Below are positions 35,343-43,868 of a stretch of 59,443 nucleotides of DNA, one piece after another. Position 1 is the first letter of the stretch; each line of letters opens with the position of its first letter. The notes below the pieces were generated by a model, which had not been told where the DNA came from, ran no database searches, and saw only the letters and a program-made list of their open reading frames with translations. Both the position numbers and the translations under genes were made by a program. Source of the stretch: a virus (Duplodnaviria; Caudoviricetes); the IMG/VR virus record IMGVR_UViG_3300037310_000051, positions 1 through 59,443 of that record; one strand, given 5' to 3'.

Positions 35343-36446
35343 CTACTTTCCGCCAGTCAACTTGATCGCCGCTTCCAACTTATCCAAGTAGAACTCCCAC
35401 TGCTCCTGCGGAAGCACGTCGATCGGCTTCTGTTGGCCGGAGAGCCGCACCTTCATGGCGCCAAGAAGTTTCCCAAACTCTCTTACTCCAGCCTGCGTGC
35501 TTTTCAGTTTCGCCTCAGCCCCACTGATCGCCGTGGCCAGCATGGCGCGATCAGTCTCTACCCGCTGCTCCGGCTGTGGTTCGGTCTGTTGTGAGGCGGG
35601 CGGCTCTTGTGTGGTATCTTCTATAGGCGCTACACTCTCGTTGGTGTCTGTTGTTGGTTGCTCCGTAGGAATCTGCGCTGTCGGTACTGATCGCTCACCT
35701 GCGACCTGTTGCAACGCAGTGGCGACCTGTTTTCCCTTAGTCTCAGGCTGGGACTTCTCGGCGATGATCTCCGTGACGGTCGGGGGCTGGTGTGCGTCAA
35801 GATCTTGTGCCTCTTCGTACAGCGGGAGACCCTTTAGCACATCACCGAAGTTATCCCGAAGATTCCACCCCCTGGCTCGCCACATGAGCATGCGCCCTGG
35901 TGATGTGCACCACGGCGTCTCGAAGTTGTTATAGCCCTTCTTGAGCCAGAGCTTCATGCTCTTGGCATCACCCACACCAAAGAATGTCGTTCTGGCAGCC
36001 ATACCCCGTCGCTTCGAGCGGCAGTAGGCGATGATTTCCTTTCCAGCCTTTTCGGCGGCGAATACGTCTACGGCCTTGTCTTGCCGTACCCCGTCCACTT
36101 CCATCCATTCGTCGAACTCCTCCAGTAGACCAGAGCTGCGAACGAGGGCTAGCCCCGCATCACCGTAGATGCTCGGCGTCCCATTGACCACAGCGATGGA
36201 CTGCAAACTCTGAAGCCACTTAAGGCCGATCTCCGCGCCAAACTGCACCGCCACCATAATGTCGGCGGGTTGACCTTTATAGCCCTTCGGGACGATGTTT
36301 GAGCGCGATACCATATCGCACCAACGCCAGACCTCGTCGAAGTTCTTGAACGACGGCATAAAGCCGCCCGCCTGTGTATTGATCGCCTCAAGCCCGGACG
36401 GTTTCTGTGGCGCCGTGACTGCTGTTGCTGCTTGTGCGTCTGCCAT
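35343..36446 (-). CDS. RecT-like single-strand annealing protein
   Basis: VPKGYKGQPADIMVAVQFGAEIGL..LQSLQSIAVVNG.PS.YGD...PW...P.RML.WRA....LRD.F.DVL.GL; follows YqaJ. Confidence 0.85.
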   Translation of the reverse strand: MADAQAATAVTAPQKPSGLEAINTQAGGFMPSFKNFDEVWRWCDMVSRSNIVPKGYKGQPADIMVAVQFGAEIGLKWLQSLQSIAVVNGTPSIYGDAGLALVRSSGLLEEFDEWMEVDGVRQDKAVDVFAAEKAGKEIIAYCRSKRRGMAARTTFFGVGDAKSMKLWLKKGYNNFETPWCTSPGRMLMWRARGWNLRDNFGDVLKGLPLYEEAQDLDAHQPPTVTEIIAEKSQPETKGKQVATALQQVAGERSVPTAQIPTEQPTTDTNESVAPIEDTTQEPPASQQTEPQPEQRVETDRAMLATAISGAEAKLKSTQAGVREFGKLLGAMKVRLSGQQKPIDVLPQEQWEFYLDKLEAAIKLTGGK

Positions 36447-36484
36447 GATAGATCCTCCTTGGTTGGTTGATGATTGCGTACTGT

Positions 36485-37486
36485 TTACTCCAGTTCAATC
36501 TGTCGCACGCCTGCGGTGATGATCATTTCGTCAAGACGATCTTCCGGCGCAGCTTCGCCGAGATTATCCGTTAATGCCGTCGATCTGAATGTGCGCGTCG
36601 GCGTGTCCCTGGTCAGTGCCGTGGCAATGGCCGGATACTCGCGCTTCAACCGATCGAGGTCCACGGACTTCCGCGCGCCATTCTTCCAGGTGAACTTCGC
36701 CACGCCAGGCAATAGTGCCGTTTCCGCGTCGGCCATCTGCAACTTGATCCAGGTTTCCAGATCAGTGATGCGTGTACCAATCTCCGCTTCTTGGTCGCAG
36801 AGCCGAAGATAGCGCCGGATCTTCGCCTCAGCCTCAGCACCCGCAAAGAGATGTGCTTTGCTCGGCGTCGCCTGTTGGTGCATGCGCTTGATCAGCTTGG
36901 CCCCGGCCTCACCGAAGGCAAAGTCCGGTGGATTGCCAGTCCGAACGCGCTCCCAGAAATCGATTTCTAACGGGAGGAGCATCGCGATCGTTGTCTCGTC
37001 CCGCTCGACATCAAAGGCGTGAAACTCGTTCCCACCAAACAGGACACCGAACGTCCCGAACGTGCAACCCGTTACCAAGAGGTAGTGTTGGAGCTGTAAA
37101 TAATAGGCCTCCGGGACGCCACCCTCCAGCCACAGCTTGCGCTGCAGCCAGTTGGCGTTCTTGCCTTCGTACACGCCCCGAATCCCATCGCGCTCTTGCC
37201 AGCGGTCGATATTGGCGAGTAGAAACTTGTGCTCAGAATGGCGCAGCGTGCGCCGCTGGCGCCAGATCTTGCGACCTGTGCGAAAAGCAAACTCGTCGGC
37301 GATGGGCTTCTCCAGTCGCCTGCCGAAGCGCAGGATTTCCGAATCCTGATCATCACCGACAATCTCGCCGCGCTTTTCCAGATAGAGCTGGTAGGCGGTT
37401 TTATACTTACTGAGCCCGCAGAGGGCGGCCACGTCGGAGCCGCCGATCCCTTTGGAGCGCTTGATTGTGCCGGGAGGTGTGCTCAT
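36485..37486 (-). CDS. YqaJ-like viral exonuclease
   Basis: GIGGSD, TAYQLYLEK, G..LE, LANIDR, YEGK, VP..Y..QLQHYL.VTG. Confidence 0.92.
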   Translation of the reverse strand: MSTPPGTIKRSKGIGGSDVAALCGLSKYKTAYQLYLEKRGEIVGDDQDSEILRFGRRLEKPIADEFAFRTGRKIWRQRRTLRHSEHKFLLANIDRWQERDGIRGVYEGKNANWLQRKLWLEGGVPEAYYLQLQHYLLVTGCTFGTFGVLFGGNEFHAFDVERDETTIAMLLPLEIDFWERVRTGNPPDFAFGEAGAKLIKRMHQQATPSKAHLFAGAEAEAKIRRYLRLCDQEAEIGTRITDLETWIKLQMADAETALLPGVAKFTWKNGARKSVDLDRLKREYPAIATALTRDTPTRTFRSTALTDNLGEAAPEDRLDEMIITAGVRQIELE

Positions 37487-37730
37487 AGAGACCCTCTCTT
37501 GTTGTTGGGTTTAGAATGCGCCGAAACGAACTGCCCATTGAGCCGCTTGCGCGCATAAATCTCCAGACGAACGGCTTTCAGCGTTAACCAGTAGCTCGCC
37601 TGCTCCATCAGGCGCGACAGAAACAGCAGGCTTTTGCAGAAATACGGAAGCAGTTTATACATAGATCCTCCTCTATTAACGTCGGGTTTCGGTACCTTAC
37701 TAGAGGCTCATAATAAAGTAAAGCGAATTC

Positions 37731-37925
37731 TTACACCGCCTTCTCGATCGTGAACGTCACGCGCTGGTGCCGATACCGCTTGACATGGCGACGGCGCATG
37801 ATGCTCTGACTGGCTAACCGAATCGCCAGACGCATGTTGCGCGCACGGCCCTTCCAGGATTCCATGCGACGCACAATCTCCCCCCGCTCAAATGTGGCGC
37901 GTACAATATAGATGTTGTTGGTCAC
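37731..37925 (-). CDS. Small basic hypothetical protein
   Basis: GTG start with SD GGGAGGG. Confidence 0.45.
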   Translation of the reverse strand: MTNNIYIVRATFERGEIVRRMESWKGRARNMRLAIRLASQSIMRRRHVKRYRHQRVTFTIEKAV

Positions 37926-38021
37926 TTTACTTTCCCTCCCTAAAGCTATATAGTTATTTTTTGATCCTCTCAGTTGGGTTCAACGGGCGCCTGTACTCTC
38001 CCGAGTCGGCGCCCGTTGTGT

Positions 38022-38342
38022 TTACGCCTTACGCATCTTGTCCAGCCGTGAGTAGACCTGCACCGCTTGCGGTACGCAGTCGTGCCGCTCCTGAAACTCG
38101 ATTGCGCCCGCACAGACGCGATCGCCAGGCGTCCGCTTGCAGTAGTAGCCGCCCGCATGTTCTTCATCGGTGTACCGTGCGTGCTTATGGCAGAAGAAGA
38201 TCTCTTCGTTAAGCAGCGCACGCTTGATTTCGGCAAATCGGCCAGGCGCCAGACTGTCGCGCAGCTGACGTCCTGGCCCAGTCTCATGGAACGGGCAGGT
38301 ATCGCACTTGTCTGGCATGCGCCAGCGTGAGTTCTTCGCCAT
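38022..38342 (-). CDS. Cys/His-rich hypothetical protein
   Basis: CDTCPF...FFCHK...CAGA motif; SD GGAGGAG. Confidence 0.65.
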   Translation of the reverse strand: MAKNSRWRMPDKCDTCPFHETGPGRQLRDSLAPGRFAEIKRALLNEEIFFCHKHARYTDEEHAGGYYCKRTPGDRVCAGAIEFQERHDCVPQAVQVYSRLDKMRKA

Positions 38343-38346
38343 AACT

Positions 38347-39288
38347 CTACTCCTCCGTCAGGTCAATTGCACGCAGTGGGCGATCGATCAATGCGGCATC
38401 GAGCGTGCTGGTGATGTTCGCAAAGTCGGTGGCCAGCTCAGCCCGCAGCGTATCGCTATCGCGAATAGTGTCAGGATGAATGCCGGTGATCAGCTGCCGT
38501 GCGCGTTCGACCGTTTCCACCAGCGTCTGATCATCGGTTAGGTTGCGTGACTTGAACAGCTCTAGCCAGGTGGTCAGGTTCGTCACCGTCGTGTCGCGAA
38601 ACACTTTGGGCTTGCCGTTCTCACCTGGCTGAAGTTTCTCGGCAACGTGCGCCGTGAGCTTGCGGAACTCCTGCAAGAGCACCGTGGTGACTTGGTGGCT
38701 AGCCTCGCCCCACATGTTCTGCAGCTTGGTCAGTTCGCGTTGATACAGCTCACGGTTGATGGCCTGCAACTGTCCCGGCGCCGAGAGTTCCCACATCTGA
38801 AACTCGAACGTGAATGCCTCCCGCACCAAGTCTATTGACGGGTAATCATTCTCGTCATAGCCCGCGCCGAGCTTGATCTGCGCCTCCTGCTTGCGCTGTG
38901 CGTACATCTCGATGAACCGATCGATCAACGGCCCACGGTCGCGCCGTGAGGCTTCAACCTCTTCGGCCACTTCCTGGATTAGCCTAACGGGCAGGATCAA
39001 GATACCCTTGCCCTTGAACGGCGACGGGAGGCACCGCGCCCGCACCCACGTTTTAATGGCGGTGTCGTGCTCGGCGATTGCCTTGAGTTCTGGCGATTCC
39101 AGAATGTCCTTCGACACATGGAGCAACTGCGGATCGATCTCCGTCTCCACCAGGGAGCCGTTCTCCTCCTGACCCTTCTTCGTGATCTTGCTTCCGGCGA
39201 TCTTGCGCCTAGTGCGCAGGCGCCCCATCGACAGATACAACATGACTGAGTCGTTTTGAATTCTCTGTGTGGGCATAATGTTTGGCAT
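38347..39288 (-). CDS. DUF3150-like protein associated with AAA/DUF1257 modules
   Basis: SK.IL, LPSP..G...LP, LG..YD..DYP, GKPKVFRD..V.NL...F...NL.DD..L; start MPNIMP after SD AAAGGAG. Confidence 0.6.
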   Translation of the reverse strand: MPNIMPTQRIQNDSVMLYLSMGRLRTRRKIAGSKITKKGQEENGSLVETEIDPQLLHVSKDILESPELKAIAEHDTAIKTWVRARCLPSPFKGKGILILPVRLIQEVAEEVEASRRDRGPLIDRFIEMYAQRKQEAQIKLGAGYDENDYPSIDLVREAFTFEFQMWELSAPGQLQAINRELYQRELTKLQNMWGEASHQVTTVLLQEFRKLTAHVAEKLQPGENGKPKVFRDTTVTNLTTWLELFKSRNLTDDQTLVETVERARQLITGIHPDTIRDSDTLRAELATDFANITSTLDAALIDRPLRAIDLTEE

Positions 39289-39308
39289 GATGATTCTCCT
39301 TTGTTGGG

Positions 39309-39548
39309 TTACAGCACGTGCTGGTTTAGCCACTCGACCTCTGCATCGAGGGCTGCTTGTCTCATCTCGTACGGCCCGAGCACCGGCCCGTTGATCGGCG
39401 AAAGATCCGCCGTCCACCGTCCATCGGCAGTCGGTTCAACGTGGCTGACCCGCTTGATCTCCACTCGCCCATCTTGCAGGAGACCACGTAGGTCGTCGCA
39501 GTAGATTAGCTTGATCGTCCCGTTAGGTTCAACGACGATGGTTGACAT
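39309..39548 (-). CDS. Conserved small protein of the AAA/DUF1257 module
   Basis: R.SHVEPT.DG.WTADLSP..GPVLGPY..R..AL.AEV.WL motif. Confidence 0.7.
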   Translation of the reverse strand: MSTIVVEPNGTIKLIYCDDLRGLLQDGRVEIKRVSHVEPTADGRWTADLSPINGPVLGPYEMRQAALDAEVEWLNQHVL

Positions 39549-39708
39549 GGCCTTCCCTCATTTCTCTCGTGGGTTCGTCTTTGACGGTCCTGCCCAGCGC
39601 CCGCTCGATCTCCTTCGTGGCGTCCTTGCAGGCCGTTCCCTTGACGCACTCAACACCGACGGTCGTACTACCGTCAGGATTCACGATGATGGTAACTGTG
39701 TCCGGCAT
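39529..39708 (-). CDS. DUF2997-family protein (59 aa, not in ORF track)
   Basis: MPDTVTIIVNPDGSTTVGVECVKGTACKDATKEIERALG...PT.E; SD AGGAGGAG. Confidence 0.8.
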   Translation of the reverse strand: MPDTVTIIVNPDGSTTVGVECVKGTACKDATKEIERALGRTVKDEPTREMREGHVNHRR

Positions 39709-39857
39709 GGCTCCTCCTGTTGGTGATAGCGAATAGGTATCACGGCGTCACACGCGCCGCAGGCGCGATACGTGACGCCCCAGAGATTGAATTGCACAGT
39801 GCGATGGCCGCATGCACGACAGCGCCCCTCCATATGGACGCCCGTTGCGCCGATCAT
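39681..39857 (-). CDS. Small zinc-ribbon protein (58 aa, not in ORF track)
   Basis: ATGA-coupled to the DUF1257 gene; CRACG...CGAC. Confidence 0.45.
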   Translation of the reverse strand: MIGATGVHMEGRCRACGHRTVQFNLWGVTYRACGACDAVIPIRYHQQEEPCRTQLPSS

Positions 39858-40333
39858 CGCTGCGTCACGATGGCTACGGAGCCATCCGTCCGCACGGTTT
39901 TCTTCACCACGCGAAAGCCCGCCCGTTTGGCCGCCCGCACGGCCACTTCAACGGCATACGCCTGTCTGAATTTCTCCAGGTTATCGCCTGCCAGCCTCTT
40001 CAGCTCGTCGGCGCCGGACAGGTCGCAGAGCAGTTGATAACCCGGCTTGCCGTCGCGTCGCCGCGCCACGCCGATCTCGTATTCGCTAACGTGGGCGCCC
40101 TTGACGCTAATGGCATGCTCACACTGGCCCATCTCCTCCAACTCCCACCCCTCAGGCATGAGGCGCTTACCGCTGGAGCGTTGATAGGATTCGAGTCGAT
40201 ACAGATCTTTTCCCGTGCCCCAGCAACGGTAGGTGGATTTGTTCTCATTGAACACAAGGCCCAGCTCGACGCACGCGGCGCGCAGGGCCTCAAGATCCTT
40301 TAGTTCAATCTCGATCGTAGCCACGTGGCTCAT
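39854..40333 (-). CDS. DUF1257 (Ycf35-like) protein
   Basis: MSH...I...KDL.AL..AC.ELG...YEIGV...Y.L..D...QAYA...A...GF. Confidence 0.8.
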   Translation of the reverse strand: MSHVATIEIELKDLEALRAACVELGLVFNENKSTYRCWGTGKDLYRLESYQRSSGKRLMPEGWELEEMGQCEHAISVKGAHVSEYEIGVARRRDGKPGYQLLCDLSGADELKRLAGDNLEKFRQAYAVEVAVRAAKRAGFRVVKKTVRTDGSVAIVTQR

Positions 40334-40359
40334 AATGTCCTCCTAGTTGGTAGCGGTTA

Positions 40360-40387
40360 GCATAGCCGAGTCAGACAACAGAGTAAA
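40360..40387 (-). promoter_or_regulatory. Sigma70-like promoter TTTACT-N17-TATGCT
   Basis: Exact 17-bp spacer, intergenic, upstream of the DUF1257 gene; boundaries +/-1. Confidence 0.6.
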
Positions 40388-40403
40388 GTACTATTTTGCT
40401 TAC

Positions 40404-41912
40404 TTACAAGCCGCCAATGGTGCGCCCCGTCGCGATCTCCTGCGAGGGACTTTGATATAGCCCTTCGTGGCTGGCCGACAAGAAGGCATTATGGGCCAGC
40501 TTGCGCAGCCGCTCGATGCTGTGCGGATCACTCTTGGCGACCGGTGTAATATAGGTTGCCGCCTTCTTCAGGCCGATCTTCAACCGATACGCCAGTGCAC
40601 ATGTATTTCTAATGTCGGCGCCCGTCCAATCACGATCGTCGGGCTGCGTGTCCGTCTCCTTGATGCTGTACTTTTTGCGCATGATCTTCCAGATGCTCGC
40701 CCGCTCATCTTCGCACGGCAGGTCGAAAAATCGAATGCCGTCCGTAAACCGTCGGCGCAGCTCCGGCGGGAGACTCTCCATGCGGTTGCAGGTGGCGATC
40801 CAGTAGGCGCCCTTACCCGCCACCGCCCGAATTACTTTCAGCGCGGCACGAATCTGCTGCTCCGATTGCCCGACCAGCGACCCTTTCATCGCGCCCAGAT
40901 CCAGGGCGATGCACGGCACGTCATGCTCGGCGGCCAGAGCTTGCGCGAAAAGTGACTTGGCCGTTCCGGGAGGGCCAGGAAGGATCATACCTGGCCACTT
41001 ATTCGCCTGCATCTCCTGGAGTAGCTGTCCCAGCTGATCCTGACTGGTCCCACTGGAATCACCGACCGACCCACTGCTCCCCGCCATGGCCTTTTCGATC
41101 TCGTCCACCCACACGATCGCCGAGGGCGGCTCGTTTCCGGCGAAGAGCAGACGTCCGAACTCCTTGATCGACTCTAGTCCGCCGATGTCGGCGAACGTCT
41201 CCCCGCCGGTCTGCACGCGCAAGCCCTTGGTTTGCTCGACCATCTTCCGCTTATGTTCCCACAACTGATCAGTATCGATGCCCTGTTTCGTAAGCGATAG
41301 GGCGATCGCCTGTTCTGCAGCAAACGCCGAAAGTCCGCGCGCCGCCTTAACGGTCTTGTCGCGCATGGTCTTGGGAAACTTCGTCGTCGTGCCGATGAGG
41401 GCATACAGATCATCGGCGATCTTGCCCAGGGCGGCATCGTCAGGTAACGGTTCATCGAACACCAGTACGTCGCGCTCCAGTTCGGCGGGCAACTGCATCG
41501 CCGCGCCGAGCAGAATCAACGTGCGCCCAGTACCTTTGAACGGATCGCGCAGATTCCAGACGGCTTGCGTCACGGATTCCTGTCGATAAAACAGGTGCGC
41601 GTTGAGCATAAACACGACGGCCTTCTGTGGGAGCTTCAGACAGAAGGCGAGCATCTCCGTGGCGTTGATCGTGGCATCCACCAAGGCGGCGCCATTCATG
41701 TTGAGTTGTCCGATCGCCTGCTCAGCCTCTTTGTTCAGGTATCGCATGCCGCCGACGATGTCCCAGGCAAAGAACGGCGGCGTGACTCCGTTGGTCATCG
41801 CCGACACGCTCAGCTGCATGGTCGCAGCCATATCGGGCGTTTCGATTCCGATTAGGGGCGTGCCAAACTTGCGAGCACGTGAGAGATTGGTCTTCAGTTG
41901 ATCGACGGTCAT
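40404..41912 (-). CDS. Ycf46-like AAA+ ATPase with permuted Walker B/Walker A order
   Basis: TFADIGGL, IVWVDEIEK, GPPGTAKS, GSLVGQSE, IATCN, LPPELRRR, FFDLP, WTGADI; start MTVDQL after SD AGGAGG. Confidence 0.85.
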   Translation of the reverse strand: MTVDQLKTNLSRARKFGTPLIGIETPDMAATMQLSVSAMTNGVTPPFFAWDIVGGMRYLNKEAEQAIGQLNMNGAALVDATINATEMLAFCLKLPQKAVVFMLNAHLFYRQESVTQAVWNLRDPFKGTGRTLILLGAAMQLPAELERDVLVFDEPLPDDAALGKIADDLYALIGTTTKFPKTMRDKTVKAARGLSAFAAEQAIALSLTKQGIDTDQLWEHKRKMVEQTKGLRVQTGGETFADIGGLESIKEFGRLLFAGNEPPSAIVWVDEIEKAMAGSSGSVGDSSGTSQDQLGQLLQEMQANKWPGMILPGPPGTAKSLFAQALAAEHDVPCIALDLGAMKGSLVGQSEQQIRAALKVIRAVAGKGAYWIATCNRMESLPPELRRRFTDGIRFFDLPCEDERASIWKIMRKKYSIKETDTQPDDRDWTGADIRNTCALAYRLKIGLKKAATYITPVAKSDPHSIERLRKLAHNAFLSASHEGLYQSPSQEIATGRTIGGL

Positions 41913-41931
41913 GATAGGCCCTCCTGTTGGG

Positions 41932-42207
41932 TTATGGATAACAGTTAAATAGTCGAAAGAATATCGCCTCGGCGGTCGCCAGGGCGCGCTCAACTTCGTC
42001 GCTCATCATGGTTAAGAGATGCTGGGGCGAGATACGTTTTTCGTCAACGAAAATCTCCTCTCGGTATACGCCTCGATTCCCATCGGCATCCGCGCCGTAG
42101 CTCTTGTCGATCTCGATGTGGTACTCCAGCTCGACCGGTACCGAGCGTCCGGTTGGCTCGCCGTCGATGGTTTCGATATCAATAAGTAGCACGACAGATT
42201 GGCTCAT
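41932..42207 (-). CDS. Hypothetical protein
   Basis: 91 aa, SD GGAGG; YGADADGNRG motif. Confidence 0.6.
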   Translation of the reverse strand: MSQSVVLLIDIETIDGEPTGRSVPVELEYHIEIDKSYGADADGNRGVYREEIFVDEKRISPQHLLTMMSDEVERALATAEAIFFRLFNCYP

Positions 42208-42222
42208 GATACCTCCATTTAG

Positions 42223-42996
42223 TTAGGCGTTCTGCTCATCGCGGATAACCTTGGGCGCCTCGTTGGCCAGGATATTTGCCAGCTCTTCGGCGGTGCAGCG
42301 CTGCGTCGTGGTGCGATGCACCTGATATTCACCCTCGCCTACGTTGACAATCAGCAGCCTCACGTTGTCCGTTTCAATTTCACCGCTCAAGCCGTATATT
42401 GTATTCGACACATAGGGCTTCAGAATTGCGTTCAATTCAGCATTCCGTCGCGTATGTGATGCATGTCTCTCTTGGCGCAGATTATAGATCTCCGTTTGCT
42501 CATTGACGAACGCAATGATCTTGTTCCAGGAGTACGTACCGTCTTTCTTCTGCGGAAACAGACGGGAGTCGATTCGCGAGATTACTTCCAAGGATGTGCC
42601 TACTAATTCCCCCCTCACTCCCCTTGAATAGCGGCGCATCATTCTAAGTGACGCACCGACATCGGTCTTGATCCGGCAGTCGCCGTACTGATCGGCGATA
42701 GGCTCAGCATGCCATTCGTCCGGCAGATGGTCGACAATCTGCTGCAATGAGGCCAGTGTCTTTGCTCTTGCAATCTCCGCCTCCGCATTGCGGTGAACAG
42801 TATTTTCATACTGTGCTAGCATGCGAGACCGATCATTCGACGCACGCTCGATGCCAGACTTAATACCGTCGGCTGCCAGCACTGCCCAGTTCTCATCTTT
42901 GCCGAGATGCTTCTCCAGTTCACTCGCCAATTCAATCAAGGCTGTCGACTGCCCGATCAATACGTTTTCGATTTCGCCATATCGTGTGCTGGTCAT
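42223..42996 (-). CDS. Hypothetical protein
   Basis: 257 aa, SD AGGAGG. Confidence 0.65.
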   Translation of the reverse strand: MTSTRYGEIENVLIGQSTALIELASELEKHLGKDENWAVLAADGIKSGIERASNDRSRMLAQYENTVHRNAEAEIARAKTLASLQQIVDHLPDEWHAEPIADQYGDCRIKTDVGASLRMMRRYSRGVRGELVGTSLEVISRIDSRLFPQKKDGTYSWNKIIAFVNEQTEIYNLRQERHASHTRRNAELNAILKPYVSNTIYGLSGEIETDNVRLLIVNVGEGEYQVHRTTTQRCTAEELANILANEAPKVIRDEQNA

Positions 42997-43057
42997 GATG
43001 TCCTCCTGGTCAGGTTAAATAGTTAGCTGATAATTAGTGTTGTGCGGTGGAGCCGCG

Positions 43058-43432
43058 TTATGCAACGCTGTCGTCGGCTGCTATCTCCGCGCAGATCTCC
43101 TCGCAATGCTCCATCACCCATTCGGCGGCCTCCTGCCGGATCTCCTCAAAATCTACCGTGGGCTGGCCGTCCTCATCGGTCGGCCATGGGTGTTTCGGGT
43201 CGAGACAGTGATGCTCACTGGTGGTCCGGCCCCAGCAGTCAAATATGATCTCGCTCGTATAGGGCTGCCAGGAGATAGAGGCATCGCCAGTTGCCGCTCG
43301 TGCGAGCTCATTGAATCTCTCAATCAGCGCGTCGCCTAGCTGTTTGGCCTCTCGATCCGTCACGTCTCCCCAATTGCTGTAGGTGCAGACCTGGCAAAAT
43401 GCGCAGCCTGGATGCATGGATGTGGTAGTCAT
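43058..43432 (-). CDS. Acidic hypothetical protein
   Basis: Start MTTTSM after SD GGGAGG. Confidence 0.6.
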   Translation of the reverse strand: MTTTSMHPGCAFCQVCTYSNWGDVTDREAKQLGDALIERFNELARAATGDASISWQPYTSEIIFDCWGRTTSEHHCLDPKHPWPTDEDGQPTVDFEEIRQEAAEWVMEHCEEICAEIAADDSVA

Positions 43433-43547
43433 GATGTTCCCTCCCTGTGTGCGGCAGTGCCGCGTGAATGTTAGCTGAGCCCCACTTCTGTTGTTTGGTT
43501 GCCTTCCATGAATCCGCCCTGTAAGAGGCTCGGATCGAGCAAGGCAC

Positions 43548-43739
43548 CTAACGGGCGTAGTTCTGAAAGCTGGCATCCGTAATAATCCAGCGTGTTCCAG
43601 TTAAGCAGTCTTTGCCCTTCTTGCCGACATAGATCGCATCGGCGCATTCCGTTGCCGTTGGATAGGTAAGGGAGCAGATCGCGGAGAGCCCGTTCAGGAT
43701 GCCGGAAGTGAATTTCTTGGTGAAGTAAATCGCGGTCAT
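43548..43739 (-). CDS. Hypothetical protein (first gene after the early promoter)
   Basis: Start MTAIYF after SD GGAGG. Confidence 0.6.
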   Translation of the reverse strand: MTAIYFTKKFTSGILNGLSAICSLTYPTATECADAIYVGKKGKDCLTGTRWIITDASFQNYAR

Positions 43740-43784
43740 GATGTCCTCCGTTTGGGTTTGTGTCGTCTCAATAACCATGATGTA

Positions 43785-43813
43785 AGTATAGCGCAGGCAA
43801 TCCAGAAAGTAAA
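43785..43813 (-). promoter_or_regulatory. Sigma70-like early promoter TTTACT-N17-TATACT
   Basis: Exact 17-bp spacer in the AT-rich divergent intergenic region. Confidence 0.7.
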
Positions 43814-43815
43814 GC

Positions 43816-43844
43816 TTTATTTTTACGTTTTATTATATTATAAT
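43816..43844 (+). promoter_or_regulatory. Divergent promoter TTTATT-N17-TATAAT for the HNH gene
   Basis: Perfect -10 at 43839-43844, back-to-back with the leftward promoter. Confidence 0.5.
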
Positions 43845-43868
43845 TACCAAAACCCTAAGGAGGCACCC

